A stretch of 64,000 nt of DNA from Candidatus Woesebacteria bacterium (GTDB lineage: Bacteria; Patescibacteriota; Microgenomatia; UBA12405): NCBI GenBank assembly GCA_035402805.1, contig DAONDY010000001.1, positions 84,098 through 148,097 of the forward strand, in the 5' to 3' direction. Of this stretch, positions 38,324 through 48,578 are shown piece by piece; position 1 is the first letter of the stretch; each line of letters begins with the position of its first letter. The position numbers and the translations under genes are program-made. The notes below the pieces were generated by a model. The model made no database searches, was not told the DNA's origin, and was given only the letters and a program-made list of their open reading frames with translations.

Positions 38324-38903
38324 TCTTAAACAATTACTTGTCTCTCAAACCAGACTAAAATTAATTACTATTCTTTTTAGTAACCCTAGAGAAATTTATT
38401 ATGTTCGTCAGCTAGTTCGTTTAGTTGAAGAAGAAATTAATTCAGTCCGTCGCGAATTAGATAATCTTAAAAAAACCGGAATCATTGAATCGGAATGGCG
38501 TGGTAATCGCCTTTATTATTGGGCTGATAAGCAATCTCCAATTTTTTATGATCTTTTGGTTTTGGCTAATAAAAATTCTGGTCTTGGATTAAAACTTCAA
38601 CACAAAAATGAAACTCTAAGTCCAATAAAACTGGTTTTATATAATTACAAATTTGCCGTTGGTGAAAAAAGAAGTGAAGATGGTGTTGATTTAATTATCG
38701 TTGGCGACCTCTTTTCTCTTAAAGAAGTTGATCTTTTAATTAAACAAGAGGAAGAAATTCGTGGACATGAAATTAATTATATGGTTATGGATAAAAACGA
38801 ATTTCAAATGCGAAAGCAAAAAAGAGATCAATTTATTGTCGACTTTTTTTTAAGCTGTCCAATCGTTATAATAGGTAGCTCATCAGAAATTGCTAGTATT
38901 TAA
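38298..38903 (+). CDS. Winged-helix DNA-binding protein with uncharacterized C-terminal domain
   Basis: An N-terminal HTH (VSQTRLKLITILF...YVRQLVRLV...SVRRELDNLKKTGII) is present. A C-terminal GEKRSEDGVDLIIVGD block is weakly nucleotidyltransferase-like. Confidence 0.5.
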   Translation: MFLMKIQTSLKQLLVSQTRLKLITILFSNPREIYYVRQLVRLVEEEINSVRRELDNLKKTGIIESEWRGNRLYYWADKQSPIFYDLLVLANKNSGLGLKLQHKNETLSPIKLVLYNYKFAVGEKRSEDGVDLIIVGDLFSLKEVDLLIKQEEEIRGHEINYMVMDKNEFQMRKQKRDQFIVDFFLSCPIVIIGSSSEIASI

Positions 38904-38909
38904 AAATAA

Positions 38910-39098
38910 ATGACTCAAGCAAGAAAAGTTATTAAAACTGGAAATAGTTTAGCCCTAACTATTCCCTCAAAATCAATTAAAGAATTTAATATTAAAGAAG
39001 GGGATATGGTCTTAGTTAAAATAAACAAAAGTAAAGCCTTAATTAGCTATATCTTTTCTGGGCACCCACGTCAACTTTCCCTCATCAATTCCAAGTAA
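38910..39098 (+). CDS. AbrB/MazE/SpoVT-type swapped-hairpin small DNA-binding protein (orphan antitoxin-like)
   Basis: The VIKTGNSLALTIPSKSIKEFNIKEGDMVLV block is present; no toxin partner is adjacent. Confidence 0.55.
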   Translation: MTQARKVIKTGNSLALTIPSKSIKEFNIKEGDMVLVKINKSKALISYIFSGHPRQLSLINSK

Positions 39099-39100
39099 TT

Positions 39101-40477
39101 ATGCCAAATAAGACTAAAACCATTAGAATTTTTTGGACTATCGTTGCTTTAACCTTAATTTGTTTAATTATTAATTTTCCTAAAAGACTTCCAATTAACA
39201 TTAATTTAGGAAAAATAAAATGGCAACATACCTTTTATCGTCCAGATTTTAATTTCAAACTTGGAAACCAAGAGTTCAAAAAAAATCTCGATCTTAAGTT
39301 TGGTCTAGATCTTGCCGGTGGTGCCTCTCTTGTTTTTAATATCGACACTTCAAACATTAAAAAAGAAGATTTGGAAGATGGTCTAGCCGCCTTAAAAGGC
39401 AACATCGAAAAACGTATCAATCTTTTTGGCGTCAGTGAAACCAATGTTCAAGTGATTAAACAAGAAAATCAATATCGCCTTAAGGTTGACCTACCTGGAA
39501 TTGAAGACGTTTCCGCCGCTATTGATCTAATTGGTACTACTGCTCAATTAAAATTTAAAGGGGAAGTCGAATTACCTCCAGAAGCCACCTCTTCGGCTAC
39601 TTTTAACGATGTTTTTAGTAAGGATACTGGTATTAACGGTTCTCATTTAAAAAAAGCTTCAGTTACTATTAATCCTAACAATTCAGAACCAGAAGTTTCC
39701 TTGGAATTTAACGAAGAAGGATCTAAACTTTTTGCCATTGCTACCAAAGAATTTTTAAATAAGCGTATTGCCATTTTAATTGATGATTATCCAGTTACTT
39801 CTCCTCCTAATGTTCAAACTGAGATTAAAGACGGTAAGGCGGTCATTAGCGGTAATTTCACTACTCAATCAGCCAAAGAGTTGGCTGTTCAGTTAAATGC
39901 TGGTGCACTTCCTTTATCCATCAATTTAATTCAACAGTCACAAATTGGGGCTACTCTTGGTAAAGATTCAATTAATAAAGGTGTTTTTGCTGGCGTTGTT
40001 GGTTTGATTTTGGTCTCATTTTTTATGATTGGTAATTATGGCAAACTTGGTTTAATTGCCGATATTGGTTTAATTATTTATGGTCTAATCACTTTGGCCT
40101 TATATCGTCTAATCCCAATAACACTAACTTTTCCCGGTATTGTTGGTTTTATTCTTTCTGTTGGCATGGCCGTTGATAGTAATATTTTAATTTTTGAAAG
40201 GATGAGAGAAGAAACTCGCAAAGGTAAAAATTGGAATAATGCCATGGAATTAGGTTTTGGCCGAGCTTGGGATTCAATCAAAGACGCCAATGCTTGTACC
40301 ATTATTACGGGTTTAATTTTATTTAATCCTTTTAATTGGAGTTTTCTTAATACTTCTGGTATGGTTCGGGGTTTTGCTGTTACCCTAATTTTAGGTATTG
40401 CTGTTGGTATTTTTACTGGTGTTTTTGTCACTCGAAATTTATTAAGAGTTTTAGCAAAAGAAAAAAAACAAAAATAA
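39101..40477 (+). CDS. secD: Protein translocase subunit SecD
   Basis: It has an N-terminal TM, a periplasmic domain and a C-terminal six-TM bundle. Confidence 0.88.
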   Translation: MPNKTKTIRIFWTIVALTLICLIINFPKRLPININLGKIKWQHTFYRPDFNFKLGNQEFKKNLDLKFGLDLAGGASLVFNIDTSNIKKEDLEDGLAALKGNIEKRINLFGVSETNVQVIKQENQYRLKVDLPGIEDVSAAIDLIGTTAQLKFKGEVELPPEATSSATFNDVFSKDTGINGSHLKKASVTINPNNSEPEVSLEFNEEGSKLFAIATKEFLNKRIAILIDDYPVTSPPNVQTEIKDGKAVISGNFTTQSAKELAVQLNAGALPLSINLIQQSQIGATLGKDSINKGVFAGVVGLILVSFFMIGNYGKLGLIADIGLIIYGLITLALYRLIPITLTFPGIVGFILSVGMAVDSNILIFERMREETRKGKNWNNAMELGFGRAWDSIKDANACTIITGLILFNPFNWSFLNTSGMVRGFAVTLILGIAVGIFTGVFVTRNLLRVLAKEKKQK

Positions 40478-40481
40478 AAAT

Positions 40482-41345
40482 ATGAATATCATGAAATTTA
40501 GGCCATTACTTTTAATTATTTCTTCACTTCTTTTAATTTCTTCGTTATTATCAATAATTTTTTGGGGTTTTAAACCCTCAATTGATTTTGTTGGTGGCGC
40601 TGTTTGGGAGTTAAATTTGCCATCAAATCCAGATAATTCAAAAATTACCGAAATTTTTACTAAAAATAGTATTGATAAATTAACCATTACCAAAAATGAC
40701 ACTAAATATCATTTAGAATTTAAAGACATTAACCCAGATCAAAAAAATGTTTTGACAAACGAAATCAAAAAAATAGATCAAGATTATCGTGAACTAAAGT
40801 TCGAGACATTAGGAGCTACTCTCGGAAAAGAATTATTACGAAAAACAGTTATGGCTGTTGTCTTATCATCACTATTTCTACTTATTTTTATTGGCCGTCG
40901 TTTTAAAGATTTTTCTTTTGGTGCTAGCGCTATTCTGGCTATGTTCCACGACACTTTTATTTTAATCGGTAGTTTTTCTATCTTTGGTCATTTTTTTGGT
41001 GCTGAATTAGATTCCCTTTTTGTCACCGCTCTTTTGACCACTCTTTCTTCATCTGTTCATGATACGGTTGTCACCTTTAATCGAATTCGCGAATTAAAAC
41101 TTCAAAATTTAAGCCTAGATTGGGTTAATCTTGCTAATCAGGCTGTCACCGAAACCTTAAGCCGTTCTATTAACAATTCTATGACTATCGTTTTTATGTT
41201 GCTTTCTCTAGTTGTTCTTGGTGGGTCCACTACTAAATGGTTCGCCACAGCGCTTTTAATTGGTGTTATTTGTGGAACTTATTCTTCAACTGGTGTTGCC
41301 ATTCCTTTAGTTCTATTTTTCAAAAAAAATCGAAAGAAAAAATAA
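40482..41345 (+). CDS. secF: Protein translocase subunit SecF
   Basis: It lies immediately after secD; the topology is SecF-like. Confidence 0.85.
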   Translation: MNIMKFRPLLLIISSLLLISSLLSIIFWGFKPSIDFVGGAVWELNLPSNPDNSKITEIFTKNSIDKLTITKNDTKYHLEFKDINPDQKNVLTNEIKKIDQDYRELKFETLGATLGKELLRKTVMAVVLSSLFLLIFIGRRFKDFSFGASAILAMFHDTFILIGSFSIFGHFFGAELDSLFVTALLTTLSSSVHDTVVTFNRIRELKLQNLSLDWVNLANQAVTETLSRSINNSMTIVFMLLSLVVLGGSTTKWFATALLIGVICGTYSSTGVAIPLVLFFKKNRKKK

Positions 41346-42671
41346 TTATTTATAATCTTCGATTTTTTTGAGAAGAATTTCTCTCTCGTTTAATTCTGGT
41401 TTTTCTTCTACTTCCTTAAAAACAGCCATCAAAACCTCTCCCACTTTTCGGCTTGGTTTAATCTTTAAAATTGTCATCACATCTTCACCATTAATTTTCA
41501 AATCTTTAATTGCAAAAGGTTGTTTTTGCACTTCCACAATTCTTTCTTTAAATAATTCCCATCGCCAGCTAGTTTCTTTTGAACCACTGCCAAGCCGGTC
41601 AGCTCGTCTTAAAGCAATCATTTCGTCAATGTATTCTGGTGTTACATTTCTAATAAATCTTCTGACAGCCTTATCGGTTTGAGTCGATATCACCGAAAAC
41701 ATATGCCATCTAACCAATTTAAATAATTGTTCTGATTCTTTTTTTGATAATTTTAATCTTTTCCCAATATTTACCGACATTCTCGATCCAATTATTTCAT
41801 GATTATGGAAAGTTCTGTTTTCGCCTTCACCCACCATTGATTTTGGTTTTCCTACATCATGTAATAACGCTGCCAATTTTGTTATTGGATTTACACTTGA
41901 ACAATTATCTAAAGTTTTTAAATTATGAGTCCAGACATCATCAATATGATGTCCTTTTTGTTTCACCCCGTAACCATCTAAAAGTTCCGGTATTATTTCT
42001 TTTAATAATCCAGAATTTTTTAATAAAACTATTCCATCGCTCGGTTTTGGAGACAATAATATTTTAAATAATTCATCTCTAATTCTTTCACTGGCTATTT
42101 TCCCAATGGAGTTGGCATTTTTTTGAATTGATTCAAAAGTTTTTTCTTCAACTAAAAATCCAATTTGGCTGGCAATTCTAATTGCTCTCATCGTTCTTAA
42201 GGCATCTTCTTCAAATCTTTCATCAGGATTTTCTACTGTTTTTATTAATTTAAGTTCCAAATCTTTTTGCCCGTTATACAAATCAATAAGTTCTTCACCG
42301 TTTTTTAAAGCCATGGCATTAATAGTAAAATCTCTTCTTTTTAAGTCTTCTTCCAATGTTTTTCCCCATTTAATTTTATCTGGGTGTCTAGAATCAGAAT
42401 AACCTTGTTCGGTTCTAAAAGTTGTTATTTCAAATATATCATCACCATCTACTACACTTACAGTTCCAAATTTATTATTATAAAAACTATTTTTTGGAAA
42501 AATCTTTTGCATCTCTTCTGGTGTCAAATTTGTCGTAAAATCCCAATCTTTTACGTCTCTTTTTAAAAGAAGGTCACGAACAGCTCCGCCGACAATATAA
42601 ATCTCCGACTTGTTTTCCTTAAATTTATTAATTATTTTTTTTACCTTTTCAGTAATTATAAAATTGTTCAT
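41346..42671 (-). CDS. cca: CCA-adding tRNA nucleotidyltransferase with HD domain
   Basis: A Pol-beta head (GGAVRDLLL...DWDF) and a C-terminal HD (LLHDVGK) are present. Confidence 0.85.
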   Translation of the reverse strand: MNNFIITEKVKKIINKFKENKSEIYIVGGAVRDLLLKRDVKDWDFTTNLTPEEMQKIFPKNSFYNNKFGTVSVVDGDDIFEITTFRTEQGYSDSRHPDKIKWGKTLEEDLKRRDFTINAMALKNGEELIDLYNGQKDLELKLIKTVENPDERFEEDALRTMRAIRIASQIGFLVEEKTFESIQKNANSIGKIASERIRDELFKILLSPKPSDGIVLLKNSGLLKEIIPELLDGYGVKQKGHHIDDVWTHNLKTLDNCSSVNPITKLAALLHDVGKPKSMVGEGENRTFHNHEIIGSRMSVNIGKRLKLSKKESEQLFKLVRWHMFSVISTQTDKAVRRFIRNVTPEYIDEMIALRRADRLGSGSKETSWRWELFKERIVEVQKQPFAIKDLKINGEDVMTILKIKPSRKVGEVLMAVFKEVEEKPELNEREILLKKIEDYK

Positions 42672-42693
42672 CTATGTCTATATTTTACCTCAT

Positions 42694-42726
42694 TTAAACA
42701 AAATCTCCCCTTTTTCAAGGGGAGAT
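42694..42726 (-). terminator. Terminator between RRM gene and cca (minus strand)
   Basis: tctcccctt-gaaaaa-ggggaga is followed by TTTTGTTT on the minus strand. Confidence 0.6.
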
Positions 42727-42751
42727 ATCAAAACAAAATAAACAAAACTTA

Positions 42752-43033
42752 TTAAACAGCAGGTTGTTCTGTTGCCGGTTTTTCTGGCTTAGCAATAGCT
42801 TCTTTTACTGCAATATTTCTTCCAGCTTGCTCACTGTTGTCTAATTCGCTCATAGCTTTCAAGGCATCAGCATCATTTTCAAATTCCACAAATCCAAAAC
42901 CTTTAGATCTGCCGGAAAATTTATCCATTACTATATTGGCTGACACTATATTTCCATAGGCAGCAAATATTTCTTTAAATTGGTCCTGTGTCAAATTAAA
43001 AGACAGGTTGCCTACAAATAATTTTTTTGCCAT
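42752..43033 (-). CDS. RRM-domain RNA-binding protein
   Basis: RNP-2 (LFVGNL) and RNP-1 (KGFGFVEF) motifs are present. Confidence 0.85.
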   Translation of the reverse strand: MAKKLFVGNLSFNLTQDQFKEIFAAYGNIVSANIVMDKFSGRSKGFGFVEFENDADALKAMSELDNSEQAGRNIAVKEAIAKPEKPATEQPAV

Positions 43034-43165
43034 ACTCTTAAGAACTCCTTAAAATTTACAAAATAATAAATTAAGATCTCAAAATCAGACCTTAACAATT
43101 TAAATTATATCCTTAAAATTTTAATTATCAAAAAAAACAAAAAAGGTCTACAATTTGATATCTCC

Positions 43166-44782
43166 ATGTTTCCCAAAATTCTTTTAAAAAATAAACAGAT
43201 TATTAACAAATCATTCTCGGACTTAGATATTATCGATCTTCTTTTAAAAAATCGCCAAATTAAAAAACCAGAATATCAAGATTTTTTTAAACCCCATTTT
43301 CCTAATAATTCCGATTTTGATATTAATCAAAAAGAATTAAAAAAAGCCGTAAATAGGGTAAATTTAGCTATTAAAAAAAATCAAAATATTTTAATTTATG
43401 GTGATTATGATGTTGATGGTTTAACCTCCACCTCTATTCTTTGGCAAGTTTTATACCAAAAAGGTGCCAAAGTTTTACCCTTTGTCCCTGATCGTGAAAT
43501 TGATGGTTATGGCATTAGGTCAAAATCTTTTTTTAATTTTGAGATAGAAAAAAATATCCATTTTGATCTTTTAATTACTGTCGATAATGGCATCGTGGCT
43601 AATAAAGAGTTAGTAAAGATTTCTCAAAAAAACACCGACATCATTATAATCGATCACCACTTACCGGAAGATAAATTACCAAAAGTTAACGCCATAATTC
43701 ATTCTACGAATTTTTCAGGTGCCGGTTTATCCTGGGTTTTTGCTTCTCAATTTAATAAAGACGCCGATATTGGATTGGCTGCTGCTGGTACGGTTGCTGA
43801 TTGTTTGCCTTTAATCGGTATTAATCGAAACATTGTTGTTCATGGTCTAAAATTATTACGAAAAAATCCTAACCATGGTATTAAAAAATTAATTGAAATT
43901 AGCGGGATTAAACCAGACACTATTTCTGCTTATGATCTGGGTTTTATTATCGGTCCTCGATTAAACGCTGTCGGTCGTCTTTCTAACCCTACCGATGCTT
44001 TAAGGCTTTTATGTAGTCAAAGTGCAATTCAGGCTGGCAAATATGCTAAAAATCTTGATGAATTTAATAAAGATCGACAAGATTTTCAAAAAGAAAATTT
44101 AATCACCGCTGAAAAATTAATTACTAAAAATGAAGACAAATTAATTTTTATCTCCCACAAATCTTTTCTTCCAGGTATTATTGGTCTTATTGCTAGTCGA
44201 TTGACCGAAAAATATTATTTACCGTCAATTATTATCAGTCTTGGCGATGAATATTCCAAGGGTTCATGTCGTTCCATAAAAGAATTAAATATTATCAAAT
44301 CGCTTCGCCAGTTTAACAGTGAGCTTGTAGAACTAGGTGGCCATGCTGGAGCTGCTGGGTTCACTATTAAAACTGATAATATTGCCAAATTTAAAACCAA
44401 AATTATTAAATACATAAATAAACAGTTAAAAGATTTAGAGTTAAAACCATCAATCATTGTCGAATCAGAAATGGATTTATCTGCAGTTACAATTTCTAAT
44501 TGTAAACTTTTACAAAAGTTTGAACCTTTTGGTGTTAACAACCCTAAACCGTTATTTTTGTTTAAAAATATTCAAATTACTCAAAAACGGGTTATTGGTT
44601 CCACTGGTGACCATCTTAAACTAAAGTTTAATTCTGTTGATGCCGTTGCTTTTAAAAAAGGGGAGCTAGATAGTCAATTTAAAATTGGTGATTCAATAAA
44701 TGTCATTGCTTCGCTCGATTTAAACACTTGGGGAGAAACATCTACTCCTCAATTGATTATTAAAGAAATCTTTCCTGTTTGA
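43166..44782 (+). CDS. recJ: Single-stranded-DNA-specific exonuclease RecJ
   Basis: DHH motifs (YGDYDVDG, IIIDHH) and a DHHA1 (GGHAGAAG) are present; it ends with a TGA stop. Confidence 0.88.
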   Translation: MFPKILLKNKQIINKSFSDLDIIDLLLKNRQIKKPEYQDFFKPHFPNNSDFDINQKELKKAVNRVNLAIKKNQNILIYGDYDVDGLTSTSILWQVLYQKGAKVLPFVPDREIDGYGIRSKSFFNFEIEKNIHFDLLITVDNGIVANKELVKISQKNTDIIIIDHHLPEDKLPKVNAIIHSTNFSGAGLSWVFASQFNKDADIGLAAAGTVADCLPLIGINRNIVVHGLKLLRKNPNHGIKKLIEISGIKPDTISAYDLGFIIGPRLNAVGRLSNPTDALRLLCSQSAIQAGKYAKNLDEFNKDRQDFQKENLITAEKLITKNEDKLIFISHKSFLPGIIGLIASRLTEKYYLPSIIISLGDEYSKGSCRSIKELNIIKSLRQFNSELVELGGHAGAAGFTIKTDNIAKFKTKIIKYINKQLKDLELKPSIIVESEMDLSAVTISNCKLLQKFEPFGVNNPKPLFLFKNIQITQKRVIGSTGDHLKLKFNSVDAVAFKKGELDSQFKIGDSINVIASLDLNTWGETSTPQLIIKEIFPV

Positions 44783-44812
44783 AATGCCCCTATTCTGAAG
44801 TAAAATATTACC

Positions 44813-46609
44813 ATGGAAAGAATACTCGCAACAGAATGCCTCCAAAAAATCGGAGCCAAAGTTTTATTACAAGGTTGGGTTAGTAATATTCGCGATCATG
44901 GTCAACTAATTTTTATCGACTTTAGAGATTGGAGCGGCACAATTCAAATCGTTGTCAATGCTAACGATAATTCAGAAATTCATCAACTTGCCTCCACTAT
45001 TGGTTTAGAGTGGGTAATTGAAGTCGAAGGTCAGGTCAATAATCGTGATCCAAAAGCAGTTAATAAAAAAATACCCACAGGTTTAATTGAAATTAATTGT
45101 GAAAAATTAACTATTTTAAACAAAAGTGAAGTTTCTCCTTTTCCTCTAGATACCGATGGTACAGAATTAGATGAATCTTTACGTCTAAAATATCGATATC
45201 TTGATTTACGTCGACCCAGACTCGCCAAAATTATTAAAAGTAAAAGTAAATATATTTTAGCCGTTAGAAATTGGATGGATAAAAATGGTTTCACTGAAGT
45301 CATGACTCCACTTTTAACAACTAGTTCTCCAGAAGGCGCTCGTGATTTTTTGATTCCTTCTCGTATTCACAAAGGTAAGTTTTTTGTTTTACCTCAAGCA
45401 CCGCAACAATTTAAACAGCTTTTAATGGTTGGTGGTGTTGATAAGTATTTCCAGATTGCTCCCTGTATGCGTGACGAAGATCCTCGAGCCGATCGCCATG
45501 CTGGTGCTTTTTACCAAATCGATATCGAGATGAGTTTTCCTACTATCGATAAACTTTTTTCTACTGCTGAAAATCTAATTAAAGAAACTTATCAAAGCAT
45601 TGCTCCTCAAAAAACTATTGCCAAATTTCCTTTTCCTAGAATTTCTTATAAAGATGCCATGGATAAGTATGGCAGTGATAAACCAGATACTCGTTTCGGT
45701 CTAGAACTCCAAGACGTCACCAAAGTTTTAAAAGGTAAGAGTGAATTTAATGTCTTTAATAATGCCGACAATATCAAATGTATTATCGCCCCTAAATGCG
45801 CCGAATTTAGTAAAACCCAAATTGATAAATTAGAGGCTTTAGCAAAAGAAAAAGGGGCTAAAGGTCTTGCTTATACTAAAGTTATTGACGGGGGATTAGA
45901 TACTGGTGTTGCTCGATTTTTTGATCCTAAACTTCAAAAAGAAATAGTTGAGTCAACTTTGGCTAAAACAGGAGATTTAATCCTTTTTGTTGCCGATAGA
46001 TTATCTGTTGTAAATAAAGTCTTAGGTAATATTCGTCTTACATTAGGTGATATTTTAAACCTTTGTGATCCTAATATTTTGTATTTTAATTGGATTACTG
46101 GTTTTCCTTTTTATGAAATCAACGACGAAGGTAAATTAGATTTTGGCCACAATCCTTTTTCTATGCCTCAAGGTGGTATGGAATCTTTAATTAATAAAGA
46201 TCCATTAGATATTGAGTCTTATCAATATGACCTTACTTTGAACGGTTTTGAGTTAGCTTCTGGTTCAATTCGTAATCACGAACCAGAAACTTTAGTAAAA
46301 GCTTTCGAAATCATCGGTTATGGTCGGGACGAGGTAATTCGTAAATTTGGCGGTATGTATAATGCCTTTCATTATGGTGCTCCACCTCATGGTGGTTGGG
46401 CTATTGGTTTAGATCGTCTCTTAATGTTACTTTTAGACGAGCCAAATATTCGTGATGTTTATGCCTTTCCTTTAAACTCGAATGGTGTCGATTTACTAAT
46501 GGATGCTCCTAGTGTTATCGACCAAAAACAATTAGATGATGTTGGTTTAATGTTAAAACCAGAAACTAAAGCCTTTTTAAAATATGAAAATGTCAATTCT
46601 GAAGCGTAA
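44813..46609 (+). CDS. aspS: Aspartate--tRNA ligase
   Basis: It has an OB anticodon-binding N-terminus and class II motifs ([21 protein letters not shown]). Confidence 0.93.
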   Translation: MERILATECLQKIGAKVLLQGWVSNIRDHGQLIFIDFRDWSGTIQIVVNANDNSEIHQLASTIGLEWVIEVEGQVNNRDPKAVNKKIPTGLIEINCEKLTILNKSEVSPFPLDTDGTELDESLRLKYRYLDLRRPRLAKIIKSKSKYILAVRNWMDKNGFTEVMTPLLTTSSPEGARDFLIPSRIHKGKFFVLPQAPQQFKQLLMVGGVDKYFQIAPCMRDEDPRADRHAGAFYQIDIEMSFPTIDKLFSTAENLIKETYQSIAPQKTIAKFPFPRISYKDAMDKYGSDKPDTRFGLELQDVTKVLKGKSEFNVFNNADNIKCIIAPKCAEFSKTQIDKLEALAKEKGAKGLAYTKVIDGGLDTGVARFFDPKLQKEIVESTLAKTGDLILFVADRLSVVNKVLGNIRLTLGDILNLCDPNILYFNWITGFPFYEINDEGKLDFGHNPFSMPQGGMESLINKDPLDIESYQYDLTLNGFELASGSIRNHEPETLVKAFEIIGYGRDEVIRKFGGMYNAFHYGAPPHGGWAIGLDRLLMLLLDEPNIRDVYAFPLNSNGVDLLMDAPSVIDQKQLDDVGLMLKPETKAFLKYENVNSEA

Positions 46610-47516
46610 GCCATTTGAAATCGTTATTATTTTTTTGATTGCTTTTATAAATCTTTTTTGGCTTCCAACTTTTAGTTTTTGGGAAATTTATCCCAAAAAC
46701 TCATACTTTTTGAAAAACAATAATCTCATCCAATATCAGCATCCAGCCAAAATTTATTCCAAATTATCCCAAAAGCCGCAGTTAAATACTCAAAATTATA
46801 TTCTCATAGATGCCGCTACTAACGCTACTATATTATCCAGTAATCCAAATGCTAAAATTTATCCTGCTTCAACTACTAAATTAGTCACTGCACTCACTGC
46901 TTTAAATATTTATCCCCTTGATGAAATTTTAACCATTAATCAGGAATATTCTGATGGTCAGGTTATGGGTTTAAAACTAGATGAAAAAATTACGATCAGA
47001 TCTTTAATTAATGCTCTTTTGGTTTATTCCGCTAATGATGCCGCTTTTACCTTAGCTAATCATCACCAAAATGGCGAAACGGGATTTATTGAAGAGATGA
47101 ATTTAATAGTTCAAAAATATGGTTTGAAAAATACTCATTTTACTAATTTTGATGGGATTCACAATGAAAACCATTATTCAACTGTTTATGATCTTTCGCA
47201 AATTGCCCGTCTTGCTATTAAAAATTCCGTTGTCACTGAAATCGTTAAACAAAAAAATATAACCGTGGAAGACGTCAATAAAACTATTAAGCACGAATTA
47301 ACCTCTACAGATGAACTGCTTGGTGTTGTTCCCGAGATTGAGGGTCTTAAAACCGGCTGGACTCCAGAAGCTGGCGGTTCTTTTATTGCTCTAATTAATA
47401 TAAACGGCCATTACTTAATCAGTGTTGTTGCTCAAAGCGAAGATCGTTTTTCTGATACTAAAAAAATAATTGATTGGGCTAAAAATAACATATTTTGGGA
47501 ATCGTACCAGCCGTAA
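46584..47516 (+). CDS. D-alanyl-D-alanine carboxypeptidase (peptidase S11, PBP5-like)
   Basis: A signal/TM sequence and SxxK (STTK), SxN (SAN) and KTG motifs are present. Confidence 0.8.
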   Translation: MKMSILKRKPFEIVIIFLIAFINLFWLPTFSFWEIYPKNSYFLKNNNLIQYQHPAKIYSKLSQKPQLNTQNYILIDAATNATILSSNPNAKIYPASTTKLVTALTALNIYPLDEILTINQEYSDGQVMGLKLDEKITIRSLINALLVYSANDAAFTLANHHQNGETGFIEEMNLIVQKYGLKNTHFTNFDGIHNENHYSTVYDLSQIARLAIKNSVVTEIVKQKNITVEDVNKTIKHELTSTDELLGVVPEIEGLKTGWTPEAGGSFIALININGHYLISVVAQSEDRFSDTKKIIDWAKNNIFWESYQP

Positions 47517-48560
47517 CTATTTGGTGATATATTTATCCAACACAGCTGGAACAAAAGCTATAAAATTATTATCACCTTTAAAAATATAAATAGGTTGGAC
47601 ATATTGTGTTAAAGTGACCGGCTCGTAATAAGCCAATTTTATTTCTCGGATAATTACATTTTCTGAATTAACATCTGATGATGGCCAATAATTTCCAGCC
47701 TTTAAATCGGTCATTGCTTGTTCAACTGTTTTTATTGGATAAGTCGAAAAAGATTCTCGATCTATATCAGCATATTTAAAATTAGCTTCAATTATTTGTT
47801 TTTCTGATGAATCAGAACCAGAGATTAATACTGAAACAGAAGCCTCGCCAATTTGGGGAGAAACTATTTCCCATTTCTCTTCTAAATTGTTTCTATAAAA
47901 ATCAACTCTAACCGCATTAGCTTCCGATTGGGCCGAAACTGCTTTTAAAGTTCCATCACTTATTTTCCAATAAGTTATTTTCTTTTCACCGTTTTTTAAA
48001 TCATCAGTATATTTATTACCTGATTGTAAAAAAGAAGAAGCAATTTCTATCGCTCTATTTTTGTTTGGTATTGTCTTTGCTTCTAATATTGATTGATCAT
48101 CTAAATATGGATACTTCAATTTAAAATCATTTTCTAAAACATTGATCGTTAACATCTTATTCGTTTTTGTATCTTTAAATTCGTAAATTCCTTCATTAAT
48201 TTCAATTGGATCACTCTCAAAACCAAATTGTTTTGCTATTTTTACCCCATCTTCCAAGGCTAAAATCTTGGTTTTTGATCGATATATAATATAGATCTTT
48301 GATTGATCACTAAAAGTAGGGGTTTTGTCATTAGCAAATTCAAAGGTAAAATTTTTCTTTTCAAACTTTTTTTCTGGAAAAACCATTTTAGGTAAAGTTC
48401 CATATCTAACTGTTGGTGGAATATATTTTGGATGAGCTGCTTTATATGCCTTAATTGATAATGATCCGATCGACCATAATAAAACAAAAGCAATCAAACC
48501 AGATCCGCCATATTTAATTAACTTTCTACTCATATCAGCGGTGTAGGTTAAAGAAGACAT
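47517..48560 (-). CDS. Membrane-anchored hypothetical protein (347 aa)
   Basis: It has an N-terminal TM and then a large extracytoplasmic domain. I recognise no family. Confidence 0.5.
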   Translation of the reverse strand: MSSLTYTADMSRKLIKYGGSGLIAFVLLWSIGSLSIKAYKAAHPKYIPPTVRYGTLPKMVFPEKKFEKKNFTFEFANDKTPTFSDQSKIYIIYRSKTKILALEDGVKIAKQFGFESDPIEINEGIYEFKDTKTNKMLTINVLENDFKLKYPYLDDQSILEAKTIPNKNRAIEIASSFLQSGNKYTDDLKNGEKKITYWKISDGTLKAVSAQSEANAVRVDFYRNNLEEKWEIVSPQIGEASVSVLISGSDSSEKQIIEANFKYADIDRESFSTYPIKTVEQAMTDLKAGNYWPSSDVNSENVIIREIKLAYYEPVTLTQYVQPIYIFKGDNNFIAFVPAVLDKYITK

Positions 48561-48578
48561 AAAAATATTCTACACTAA

